A stretch of 64,000 bases of DNA, from positions 248,001 to 312,000 of the IMG/VR virus record IMGVR_UViG_3300037054_000148, one strand, 5' to 3'. This document shows positions 1 to 7,937 of the stretch, one piece after another. Made by a program: the position numbers and the translations under genes. Below the pieces are notes generated by a model. That model was not told where the DNA came from, did not search any database, and saw only the letters and a program-made list of their open reading frames with translations. The number at the start of each line of letters is the position of its first letter. Position 1 is the first letter of the stretch.

Positions 1-104
1 GAGACGTAAGGAGCAGAGTTGGATCATCTGATCAGCCCTCATGCGAAGGATCGAATGGGTCTCCTGCTGAATGCCGCATTAGAAATTGCAAAGACAGAGG
101 CGGA

Positions 105-320
105 GTGATGGAGTTTCCAATCTTTGGTTCGGACCCCAAAACTAATGTGAAAATTAACGAGGTGACGTTGACGGTTCGGCAGTATATAAACTCCGAAAGA
201 GAGTCCCTGCCCAATCAATATCAGATCATTGCAAATCGGCCAGGAGAACATCCGGTCGATTTCACCACCTCTGATCTGCATCTAGCTCTTCAGGGCTTAC
301 TGAATCGAATCATCAGATGA
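105..320 (+). CDS. hypothetical protein
   Basis: 71-aa ORF; stop overlaps the next start (ATGA at 317-320). Confidence 0.5.
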   Translation: MMEFPIFGSDPKTNVKINEVTLTVRQYINSERESLPNQYQIIANRPGEHPVDFTTSDLHLALQGLLNRIIR

Positions 321-718
321 GTGAAGAGAGTGAGTTCCAGAAAGAACTAGCCAGCTTTTATGAAGAGCTTCAGGCCAGACAAAAGCAGATGGACCCGGTA
401 GCCGCCAAGGCGTTATACGAAAATCTAGCTTATCTGTATAGCTATTCGGATGAACGGCAGGGTGGGAGGACTAGTTTACAGATGTGTATGGCCCCAGCGT
501 GTGCGGTATACATCTGGTGCAACTTCCACCTCTACTACCCTAGGAAGTTGGCTGAGCATTTGAACCGAAAGGACTTACAAATCGTAGACCCCCATTGGCT
601 TGAGGGAATGGATTGGCGGGGTCGGTGGTTCAGTGGGGTGGTTGTGGACCATGCGGCCCATCTGACTGAGCCGCAGGGGATGTGGTTTGAGGCGGTGTTG
701 GCCCGAATAGAAAAATAA
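317..718 (+). CDS. hypothetical protein
   Basis: 133-aa ORF, coupled to the upstream ORF. Confidence 0.6.
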   Translation: MSEESEFQKELASFYEELQARQKQMDPVAAKALYENLAYLYSYSDERQGGRTSLQMCMAPACAVYIWCNFHLYYPRKLAEHLNRKDLQIVDPHWLEGMDWRGRWFSGVVVDHAAHLTEPQGMWFEAVLARIEK

Positions 719-726
719 AAAGTTTT

Positions 727-756
727 GTACCCAATTACCAATTTTCGCGGTATCAT
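727..756 (+). promoter_or_regulatory. putative sigma70-type early promoter
   Basis: TACCCA-18 nt-TATCAT; same layout (GG before the -10) as the sites at 7510, 8444, 11564 and 12202. Confidence 0.5.
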
Positions 757-775
757 ATCCTATCGGAGGTGTACC

Positions 776-2353
776 ATTTCTCATTTTACTGTACTCGTGA
801 TCGGTAATGATCCGGAAACTCAACTCGCCCCCTATCAGGAAAACAACATGGGGGATTGTCCGAAGGAATATCTGGCCTTCAACGACTCGGAAGAAGAGAT
901 GCTGAAGCAGTATCAGACTGAGACCTCCGAGCGAGTTGTCATGCCGGATGGTCGGCTCCTCAGTCTCTACGACGACTGCTTCAAGGTGCCAGATACGAGG
1001 CCCGGTTCCTTCAGTTTCTCCACCACCTTCGAGGTGCCGGAAGACCTGGAGCAGAAGGAGATGCCATTCACCGAGATTTACCCCACCTTCGAAGATTTTG
1101 CCACGGACTGGCATGGTTCCAGTGAGCGGGATCCAGAGATGAACCGGTATGGCTACTGGGAAAACCTGGACCGAAACAAAGTAACTGTATGTTTAGGACT
1201 TTCCAATCCCATGAATGAAGGGATTGGTTATGCCAAAAGGTCATCCAGTGAATCGTCAGAATACCCCGGTGGGGATGAAACTGTGCCCCAGGTGTGGAGT
1301 GACAAAGAAATTAGAGAATTTCTCGCTGGCGAAGAAAAGCGCGGACGGAAGATTCACCTACTGTCGCCAGTGTATGACGGAGAAGAATTTGGAGAGGACT
1401 CCGGAACTCCGACAAAAATGGCATCACTTTGCGAAGTACAAGATAACTCCGGAACAGTATCAGAGACTGCTAGAGGCTCAAAGTGGGAAGTGTGCGATAT
1501 GCAAGAGAGGGGAAGGGGGGAAGGAACTCTGCAAGAACGGGAAGTGGAGATACCTTGCGGTGGACCACTCTCACCAGACAGGGCAAGTTCGGGGGCTTTT
1601 ATGCTCAAATTGCAACACGCTTTTGGGGCTGGTGGAGGGGAACTTCGAATTGCTTCTTGTAATGAAGTCTTACCTCATGGACCCCACATCTTCAAGAATG
1701 AAGTGATTGGTGGGGCCAAGTGGGACTGGTTCCAGATGGGTGGTCGGTGGACTGGCTTCTTCAAGCTGAAGGAAGCGGTCGCTCATATCGGTGGGGTGCT
1801 GGGCACTCCTGGCCTGATGACTCCTGAAGCTGAAGCTGGACATGCGGATCAACTGATAGCCGGGGATGTGGATTTCGAAGGAATGCGAACCCAGGCTGCG
1901 GTCAAGGCGTTCCAGCAGTATGAGGATGTGGCCCATGCGTTCGGCGGAGAGATCCCCAAGATCGAACGCCTCTGGAAAGAAGTGGTCGAGGACCAGACCA
2001 TCGGTGATATCCAAGCCCGAAGGGACTTCTACCATGCTCAGCCTGCCCTGGTAAGGCTGAGCATGGTAGAAGTCCAGGATGCCAAGGCCATGCCGGAGTC
2101 GGTGGATCGTTTCTTCTTCGATCTGGAAGAGTTCCAGTGCGACGAAGAAGCTTACGTCGAACGGGCCAAGAACTCTGCCTGTGTGCCCTTCGCCTTCGTG
2201 AAAGAGGGGCAGTGGTATGAGAGGGGCCGGATGGGCTGGTGGGCCTGTGTGAGCAACGAGAAGGACCGTGACGAGTGGAACCGTCAGTTCAACAAGATGA
2301 TGGACGAACTTCCGGCCAACACGCTCCTGACCCTGGTTGATTGCCACATCTGA
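776..2353 (+). CDS. conserved phage protein (SHFTVLVIG...YGYWEN/AKWDW..GGRW...VDCHI type) carrying a ~181-codon in-frame insertion
   Basis: Open frame 725-2353; GGAGG at 765-769 precedes ATT at 776; GC-rich codon style outside ~1166-1714 and AT-richer inside. Confidence 0.75.
   Translation: MSHFTVLVIGNDPETQLAPYQENNMGDCPKEYLAFNDSEEEMLKQYQTETSERVVMPDGRLLSLYDDCFKVPDTRPGSFSFSTTFEVPEDLEQKEMPFTEIYPTFEDFATDWHGSSERDPEMNRYGYWENLDRNKVTVCLGLSNPMNEGIGYAKRSSSESSEYPGGDETVPQVWSDKEIREFLAGEEKRGRKIHLLSPVYDGEEFGEDSGTPTKMASLCEVQDNSGTVSETARGSKWEVCDMQERGRGEGTLQEREVEIPCGGPLSPDRASSGAFMLKLQHAFGAGGGELRIASCNEVLPHGPHIFKNEVIGGAKWDWFQMGGRWTGFFKLKEAVAHIGGVLGTPGLMTPEAEAGHADQLIAGDVDFEGMRTQAAVKAFQQYEDVAHAFGGEIPKIERLWKEVVEDQTIGDIQARRDFYHAQPALVRLSMVEVQDAKAMPESVDRFFFDLEEFQCDEEAYVERAKNSACVPFAFVKEGQWYERGRMGWWACVSNEKDRDEWNRQFNKMMDELPANTLLTLVDCHI
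1203..1227 (+). promoter_or_regulatory. hairpin occluding the ribosome-binding site of the endonuclease gene
   Basis: CCAATCCC-ATGAATGAA-GGGATTGG perfect 8-bp stem covering GAAGGGA, 6 nt upstream of ATG 1230. Confidence 0.6.
1230..1706 (+). CDS. recombination endonuclease VII-like (HNH-fold) homing endonuclease, +1 frame relative to the host gene
   Basis: CPRC...CRQC zinc finger; YKITPEQY..LLEAQSGKCAIC; LAVDHSHQTGQVRGLLCSNCN..LG are EndoVII hallmarks. Confidence 0.9.
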   Translation: MPKGHPVNRQNTPVGMKLCPRCGVTKKLENFSLAKKSADGRFTYCRQCMTEKNLERTPELRQKWHHFAKYKITPEQYQRLLEAQSGKCAICKRGEGGKELCKNGKWRYLAVDHSHQTGQVRGLLCSNCNTLLGLVEGNFELLLVMKSYLMDPTSSRMK

Positions 2354-2697
2354 TGGGAACCTACTACGTCAGAGATCGGCATAACGACACGCTGGTGGAC
2401 ATCGAGGTCTCTCAGAAGGATGGGATCGTCCTGGATGTCTCCAGCGATGTGGACCTTCGAATGTATACGCAGATTCTCCTAACCGAACCATGGGGGAACC
2501 TGACCGACCAGATTCGCTACATTGAACAAATGTGCGGCTGGAGCGAGTTCCGAGGCTACTGGTGGGAGTCGTTCGTCATGCCCAAGGGTAAAGACTTCGT
2601 GCCTACGGCTGATGATATGGATCAAATGATCCGTTTGCTCGTAGCCGAACTGGCTGATCTGATCCCCAGCCGAGGCTTCTGCATCGTCACCGACTGA
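2353..2697 (+). CDS. hypothetical protein
   Basis: TGATG coupling with the upstream stop; host-like codon usage. Confidence 0.65.
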   Translation: MGTYYVRDRHNDTLVDIEVSQKDGIVLDVSSDVDLRMYTQILLTEPWGNLTDQIRYIEQMCGWSEFRGYWWESFVMPKGKDFVPTADDMDQMIRLLVAELADLIPSRGFCIVTD

Positions 2698-2721
2698 GTA
2701 ATAACCCTATAAGGAGAAAGA

Positions 2722-3246
2722 ATGCTTTTTTATCTAATTATCGTCGCCTACATCGTTTGGATCTGCGTGGCTTTCTACAAAGCTCACACTGGGGAGTGGG
2801 ATGATGGATCTGGGGTAATGACCCTTTTGTTTGGAGGAATGCTGACCGGTTTGCTAACCCTCATGGTTGCGGCAATCTTCAGCAGCAGCACGACTAAAGA
2901 GGTGACTCGGCATAACGTCTGTCCCATCGTATCCTTACGAGGCGCTTCTGAGGTAAGCGGGATCTTCGTTTTGGGCTGTGGCCACATCGGAACGGATGAG
3001 AAATACTATTTCATGTATGATCTGGGCAACCAAACCTACCGGAGGGGTCAGATCAATACGTGGGAGACGCTGGTCAGGGAGACGGCTGCGGAGAAGCCTA
3101 ACTTTTCCTACGATGAGACGCTGGAGACCAATCGGAAGTGCTACAAGTGGTGGCCCCAATGGTATGTTCAGGAGACCGCTCGAAACGAGAATTTCTTCCT
3201 CAACGTCCCTCCCGGCACGATTATTCAAAAGTTCGAGGTGCAATAA
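2722..3246 (+). CDS. membrane protein (two N-terminal TM helices)
   Basis: AAGGAG RBS; hydrophobic N-terminal segments. Confidence 0.75.
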   Translation: MLFYLIIVAYIVWICVAFYKAHTGEWDDGSGVMTLLFGGMLTGLLTLMVAAIFSSSTTKEVTRHNVCPIVSLRGASEVSGIFVLGCGHIGTDEKYYFMYDLGNQTYRRGQINTWETLVRETAAEKPNFSYDETLETNRKCYKWWPQWYVQETARNENFFLNVPPGTIIQKFEVQ

Positions 3247-3413
3247 TGGCTGAATCTAGATCCACTGATAAGCTGAAGCTCGTCACCGAGATGATAGATC
3301 GGATGCCCAAAGATAAGCTGGCCAAGCTGAAAGCTTTCACCATAGACTGGCAGCAGGTAGGGATCATCGACCCCATCTACGCCCCCATTGTAAAAATCGA
3401 GTTTTTCCCATAA
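3246..3413 (+). CDS. small hypothetical protein
   Basis: TAATG coupling at 3244-3248. Confidence 0.5.
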   Translation: MAESRSTDKLKLVTEMIDRMPKDKLAKLKAFTIDWQQVGIIDPIYAPIVKIEFFP

Positions 3414-3419
3414 GGAGAA

Positions 3420-3623
3420 GTGATGCAAGAAACCAGATACGAAGGTAATTTGGAGCAGAAGGTCTATTCGGGTAAGGATCAGGATGAGGTCAGGGAGAAG
3501 ATGATCGCTGCCCTCCGACCCGGTGAGGAAGTGATTCGTCGTCGTGAACTCTCCTTGGCTGAAGTCCACGCATGGCATAAGCGTAACACTGACAATAATA
3601 AGGCCAAACGGAAGAAGAAATGA
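3420..3623 (+). CDS. small basic hypothetical protein
   Basis: AAGGAG RBS; coupled to the next ORF. Confidence 0.6.
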   Translation: MMQETRYEGNLEQKVYSGKDQDEVREKMIAALRPGEEVIRRRELSLAEVHAWHKRNTDNNKAKRKKK

Positions 3624-3898
3624 ACATCTTTCAGTTACTCTTCGGAGGACATCCGAGAGGGCGGGTCACAATCCAACTGAGACGGGATACCAATGCTCGT
3701 TGGGTAGATGCAGACCCGATCTTGCTCGAAGGGGAGCCCAGCTATGTGACGGATACCAAGCGGGTGAAGGTGGGGGATGGAACCACACCTTGGAGCAAAT
3801 TACCCTTCGTTGGCCTGATCGCACCGGAGGGGATAGTTCAGGGGGACTGGCAAGGACCGTGTAGCCGGATCATCGGATTCAAGGGAACAACTGAGTAG
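3620..3898 (+). CDS. stand-alone Mtd_N / hyaluronidase N-terminal-like tail-fibre attachment domain
   Basis: IQLRRDT..RW...DPILLEGE.....DT.RVKVGDG.T.WS.LPF motif. Confidence 0.8.
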   Translation: MNIFQLLFGGHPRGRVTIQLRRDTNARWVDADPILLEGEPSYVTDTKRVKVGDGTTPWSKLPFVGLIAPEGIVQGDWQGPCSRIIGFKGTTE

Positions 3899-3920
3899 TA
3901 TACTTTAAAGGAGCAATATC

Positions 3921-4274
3921 ATGAATCCAGAAGCAGTGAAGCAAATTCTTGACACTATCCAGCAGGGCGGAACAGTCGCACTGAACGGCATCGCAGCCAA
4001 TGCGGTGATGCAATCGTGGGGCAACATTGGTATGATGCTCTTCTTGGTTTTGGTCACTATTGGGGTCGGCTGGCTGGCCAAGTGGTTTATTCAGAAGACC
4101 ATGGCCTGCCACTCCTGTGACAACGAGGGCTGGATCGTCGGATCAGTGGTCGCTTCTGTTGCGACCATCATCCTATTCGTCTGCTCGTTGGTGCAGATCA
4201 GCAACCTCCCCTCCGAGATCGCAACCATCCAGAACCCCCAGGCGGCGGCAATTCGAATCCTCATTGGGCGGTAA
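3921..4274 (+). CDS. membrane protein (2 TM)
   Basis: AAGGAG RBS; two hydrophobic helices. Confidence 0.7.
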   Translation: MNPEAVKQILDTIQQGGTVALNGIAANAVMQSWGNIGMMLFLVLVTIGVGWLAKWFIQKTMACHSCDNEGWIVGSVVASVATIILFVCSLVQISNLPSEIATIQNPQAAAIRILIGR

Positions 4275-4275
4275 G

Positions 4276-4845
4276 ATGAAAGTCGCCACTACTGAAGACT
4301 ATGAGGATATGCCTGCGGGTTCATGTCTTCAAGAAGCCAAGCTCATAAACAAGGGAAGATTTTTTGTCGGGCTGTGGTGTAGTTATGGGGGAAGTTATAG
4401 GGTGAAAGTTCCGGCTGAGATATGTAAGGAGTGGAAGGATCCGTTCGAAGAGCTATTTGAATATCTAGAACAGAATCCTCCTGAACCTGAGCCCACGGAA
4501 GAGCCAGAGGGATTGACTGGTGATGAACGCAATTGCCTCCTTGAAGAGATATTTAAAGCCTTGGAGATACAAGGAGTTGCCTATCCTGATGTGACGATTA
4601 CCACATTTCCTGATGATAAGGGGCCTACCATTGAGTTTGAAATAACGGTATGGCACTATGGTCAAGCGCACTCAATGACACTTAAAATAATGAAACGACA
4701 ACTTGTTGAAAGACGTTACGATATCCTCAAGCGTATGGCTCAAATCGCCGTAATGGACATGTTTCCGAAGATGCCACAGAAGGAATCCACACTTGACAGA
4801 TATTTCGAAGAACGGGAAAAGAAAGAGAGGAGAGAAAATGGATAA
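4276..4845 (+). CDS. hypothetical protein
   Basis: ATG at 4276 right after the upstream stop; coupled to the next ORF. Confidence 0.6.
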   Translation: MKVATTEDYEDMPAGSCLQEAKLINKGRFFVGLWCSYGGSYRVKVPAEICKEWKDPFEELFEYLEQNPPEPEPTEEPEGLTGDERNCLLEEIFKALEIQGVAYPDVTITTFPDDKGPTIEFEITVWHYGQAHSMTLKIMKRQLVERRYDILKRMAQIAVMDMFPKMPQKESTLDRYFEEREKKERRENG

Positions 4846-5089
4846 ATCAATTCTAGGGACTCATTACCATCGAATCCCAGAGCAGATCAACTGGGTCATC
4901 AGCCCTCTGCCCCTCTATACGGCAGAGTGGGGCAGGCAACTGAGCATGACTCAGGGGGGACCGATGTGTATTCTTGGGTTTCACAAGTCCTCCATGGAAC
5001 TGAAACACACCTACGGCCCATTCCCCACCCCAGAGGATATGGTGCGCTTTGCTAGAGAACATCACATTACCCTACCGGGTATGAACTAA
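4838..5089 (+). CDS. hypothetical protein
   Basis: GAGGAG RBS before ATG 4838. Confidence 0.6.
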   Translation: MDKSILGTHYHRIPEQINWVISPLPLYTAEWGRQLSMTQGGPMCILGFHKSSMELKHTYGPFPTPEDMVRFAREHHITLPGMN

Positions 5090-5099
5090 AGGAGGGACA

Positions 5100-5465
5100 A
5101 TGACACAGATCGATCCATTTGCTGAATGGGTGGAAGCCTATATCAACTCGTTGCATTGAAGTTTCGGGACTTCTGACTACGAAAAAACTCTTGTAGCTGG
5201 TAATCTTCGGGGCATGGCCTCCTGGATCAACGCTAACCTCCTTAAGCCTGCGATGGAGCCCCGCCTCGTTTATGTAGTAGGGGACATGCTGCCGGGTGGC
5301 ACATGGGGCTGTGCGGGAGTGTTTAGCACTGAAGAACAAGCCTGCCTGTGTTGCATCTATCACGACAACTACTTCGTTGGTCCGATCATGGGGGACACGT
5401 TCCTTGAGACTGACGACGATTGGCCAGAGGCGTTCTACCCCGCAGAGGGGAAGCTCTACGACTAA
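5100..5465 (+). pseudogene. ORF interrupted by a single in-frame TGA at 5157-5159 (pseudogene or read-through)
   Basis: AAGGAGG RBS + ATG 5100; the same frame continues without another stop to 5465. Confidence 0.55.
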
Positions 5466-5902
5466 AGCGGACCACCCCTATCAAGCTCTTCGAAGGGGTC
5501 TCCCGGTTCTGTTTTGTAATAGGCTCGACGGAGGAATTGGTCATACACATTTGAGCAGTACATCTCAGATCTGATGGCCGGTTCCCCTTCGGGCCATGGC
5601 CCTTTTATAACAAAAAGTGCGTAGTCTACCGCAGAATAAGGTTCTGTAGCGATAGTCGGCTCGGCCTCTGGCCATCTTCCCTTAATCACTTCATTTGCGT
5701 AAACCACCGAGTCATACGGATCTTTCATGATTGTAGGCTCACCCTTTGGCCATCTTCCCTTAACTACTCGTCTGGCGTATAGAAGGCTACCCCAGGGGCT
5801 ACCCAGAACCTTGTTCATGAAGCTCTGAGGCAGCATATCATTCTGCGCTAGACAGATGATCATCTTCCAAGTAAAATGGGACCGGAGCCATGTAGTTGCC
5901 AT
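5462..5902 (-). CDS. helical-repeat protein (3x YA..VIKGRWPEAEPTI-type repeat)
   Basis: Three ~26-aa repeats; late-promoter-like motif upstream (5913-5935). Confidence 0.75.
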   Translation of the reverse strand: MATTWLRSHFTWKMIICLAQNDMLPQSFMNKVLGSPWGSLLYARRVVKGRWPKGEPTIMKDPYDSVVYANEVIKGRWPEAEPTIATEPYSAVDYALFVIKGPWPEGEPAIRSEMYCSNVYDQFLRRAYYKTEPGDPFEELDRGGPL

Positions 5903-5912
5903 TTAATCTTTG

Positions 5913-5935
5913 CCTCACCAAAGAATCCGGAAGTT
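5913..5935 (-). promoter_or_regulatory. putative late promoter motif
   Basis: AACTTC-N12-TGAGG on the minus strand. Confidence 0.45.
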
Positions 5936-5961
5936 CCAGTATTATGTATCAGGAGAAAATC

Positions 5962-6258
5962 ATGACCGAAGCGGAAGCAATCACCCTAGCTGATTCTAAG
6001 TTCTGGGAGACAATGACCATGCGGGAAAGGGCTGTTTTTCAGATATTCGAGAGTCGTCTATGTATGCCATTTAGTGTGTTCCACGAAGCTATGGAGGCCA
6101 CTTTGGGCCGTCCGGTGTGGACGCATGAGTTTGGGTTGAATGCGGACGGCCTGAAGAAAGAGCTTCTTGGCACCGGCCCCGCTCCCACGTTCGAGGAGAT
6201 CATGGACCTGATCCCTGCGGAGAAGCGCATCGTTGTCACCTTCGGTGATGATGTATGA
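5962..6258 (+). CDS. hypothetical protein
   Basis: AGGAG RBS before ATG 5962. Confidence 0.7.
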   Translation: MTEAEAITLADSKFWETMTMRERAVFQIFESRLCMPFSVFHEAMEATLGRPVWTHEFGLNADGLKKELLGTGPAPTFEEIMDLIPAEKRIVVTFGDDV

Positions 6259-6470
6259 CCCGCAGAGAGGGTGCAAAGCTCATAATCGAGCAGACCGAGC
6301 CAACCACATGCTTCTACTGCCACAAAGTGGCTGAACTCAGGCCCTATGGCCCTCAAGGGCAGTCCATTTGTTTTGATTGTGGGATGCACAATCCAGAAGA
6401 AACAGAGCGGCAATTTCTCAAATTACTGGAGGGCTGTAATGGGTTTTCTGACCCGACTGTTCGGGAGTGA
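6255..6470 (+). CDS. small zinc-finger protein
   Basis: CFYC...RPYGP...CFDC. Confidence 0.6.
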   Translation: MTRREGAKLIIEQTEPTTCFYCHKVAELRPYGPQGQSICFDCGMHNPEETERQFLKLLEGCNGFSDPTVRE

Positions 6471-6648
6471 AGGGGTGGTCCGTTATGAGGGGGAGTGCAT
6501 GAATGGGCAAACCTTTAGGGGGAAGTGCTCCATCGAAGTCATCGGTATGGATTGGCCGGAGATTGAAGAGAGTATCAAGAACATGCTCTATGTAGAAAAA
6601 GGGCTTAGAATCCGATCCCTTCGGGTTACAGGTTTCTACGAAACTTGA
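6439..6648 (+). CDS. hypothetical protein
   Basis: GGAGG RBS before ATG 6439. Confidence 0.55.
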   Translation: MGFLTRLFGSEGVVRYEGECMNGQTFRGKCSIEVIGMDWPEIEESIKNMLYVEKGLRIRSLRVTGFYET

Positions 6649-6672
6649 GTAATAACCACTGAGGAGTATCTC

Positions 6673-6942
6673 ATGACCCGACTGGCAACCGAAATTTCTA
6701 ACAGCACGATGAGCGAGGATGGTATCCTTAGCTCCTCCATTGATATCGATGGGGTGACGTTGGAGATCAGAATCAAGGGCACTGAAGTGTCCTATCGGCA
6801 CACCGAACTCTCCAACTGGAGTTCCTGGGAGCGAATTGATGAAGCTCTGAAGGGAATGCGAACCTGGGTCAGTTACCAGAAGGAAGCGGCTCAACAGACC
6901 CGTGAAACCTACGACTCCTTACTGAAGTTGATCTCCCAGTGA
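6673..6942 (+). CDS. hypothetical protein
   Basis: GAGGAG RBS. Confidence 0.65.
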   Translation: MTRLATEISNSTMSEDGILSSSIDIDGVTLEIRIKGTEVSYRHTELSNWSSWERIDEALKGMRTWVSYQKEAAQQTRETYDSLLKLISQ

Positions 6943-7063
6943 GCTTACAGACTATCAGCAACCCCCTCTGCCTATTCACTTTTTGCACCCTCGTGGCCGC
7001 TGTTCCTTTGAGTATTTTCTGGGGAGTTACGGCCACACTTCATTATTTTAAAAGAAAGCACTA

Positions 7064-7345
7064 ATGTCCGGACCCATACTTAAACTTGAACATTTTGTTC
7101 CGACTGAGGATGGGGGGCTTCAGATATGGATGTTTCGAAGTAAAAATCTGGAGCGATTGGCTAAGGAAGCTGGGCATCTATGTAGTAATGACCCTACTTT
7201 ACCAACCGGAGAGAGGATGTTATTTCAGTTCGCCGCAGATGTGAGGCTAGGAGATTTCTTGGCCTTTTGCACAGCTTTTGACACCACTTACTGGAGTCAA
7301 CATGGTCCAAGGAGGTCCAATGCGAATCCCAATCGCACTACTTGA
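7064..7345 (+). CDS. hypothetical protein
   Basis: 93-aa ORF, AT-richer than its neighbours. Confidence 0.5.
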   Translation: MSGPILKLEHFVPTEDGGLQIWMFRSKNLERLAKEAGHLCSNDPTLPTGERMLFQFAADVRLGDFLAFCTAFDTTYWSQHGPRRSNANPNRTT

Positions 7346-7499
7346 AGCAGTTCTGAGAAGTAACGAAAACGCTGAAGGTGAATATTTTTCGTTGAGGGGC
7401 AACAGATTCGTCTGGGCTAAATCAGTCTGGGTGGATGTGGAGGGACGGGTTCATCGGGTCGTTGATGTAGAACTCAACCCAGAAGAGCCCCCTAGATAA
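7320..7499 (+). CDS. hypothetical protein
   Basis: AAGGAGG RBS before ATG 7320. Confidence 0.55.
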   Translation: MRIPIALLEAVLRSNENAEGEYFSLRGNRFVWAKSVWVDVEGRVHRVVDVELNPEEPPR

Positions 7500-7509
7500 A
7501 ACAAAAGTA

Positions 7510-7539
7510 TACCCAAACTGCCCTGACTTAGGGTATAAT
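7510..7539 (+). promoter_or_regulatory. putative early promoter
   Basis: TACCCA-18 nt-TATAAT. Confidence 0.55.
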
Positions 7540-7556
7540 AAGATATGGGGGATCGC

Positions 7557-7937
7557 ATGACCGACTACAACGTCTACGAAACCGATGCACTGAAGGCCCT
7601 GCTGGATGGAAAGCAGGCGAAACGTAACGACCTGGACTACGAGATCAAGCAGATCAGCACGATCCTCAACACCCGTCTGGCTCAGACCTACCGGTTCATC
7701 CGGTTCACGGCGATGAAGCAGGGGCAGTTGGACTGCATCAAGACGCTGCGTAACGCTTCCTGTGCCCCAGGCGGGTGCTACATGGGGCTGAAGGAGGCCA
7801 AAGAATTGACCGATCAGCTTAAGGGCCAGTTCATCCGCCCGTTCACCGTGGAGTTCAGGCACCTCAGCGATATGCCGGAGGTCATCCAGGCCCTGCACGA
7901 ATGCTTCGAGTGTGTGCCGGTTGAGGGCGGGGAGTAA
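7557..7937 (+). CDS. coiled coil plus ribosomal protein L7/L12 C-terminal-like domain
   Basis: LDCIKTLRN...MGLKEAKELTD matches the bL12 CTD IK..R...GLKEAK..VD signature. Confidence 0.65.
   Translation: MTDYNVYETDALKALLDGKQAKRNDLDYEIKQISTILNTRLAQTYRFIRFTAMKQGQLDCIKTLRNASCAPGGCYMGLKEAKELTDQLKGQFIRPFTVEFRHLSDMPEVIQALHECFECVPVEGGE

Larger units (their letters stand above)
1172..1714 (+). mobile_element. 543-nt homing-endonuclease cassette inserted in-frame in the host gene (ends uncertain by +/-6 nt)
   Basis: Splits the YWEN-x-x-AKWDW motif; composition shift; consists almost entirely of the EndoVII ORF. Confidence 0.75.

Noticed and set aside
1166-1714. Intein in the host frame of the insertion
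   Set aside because: No N-terminal C/S block A, no TxxH block B and no terminal HN/HQ followed by C/S/T.
7013-7046. GTGGCCG/CGGCCAC long hairpin around 6993-7036 as an ncRNA
   Set aside because: Only a 7-bp firm stem and no recognisable family; could be a simple processing or regulatory hairpin.
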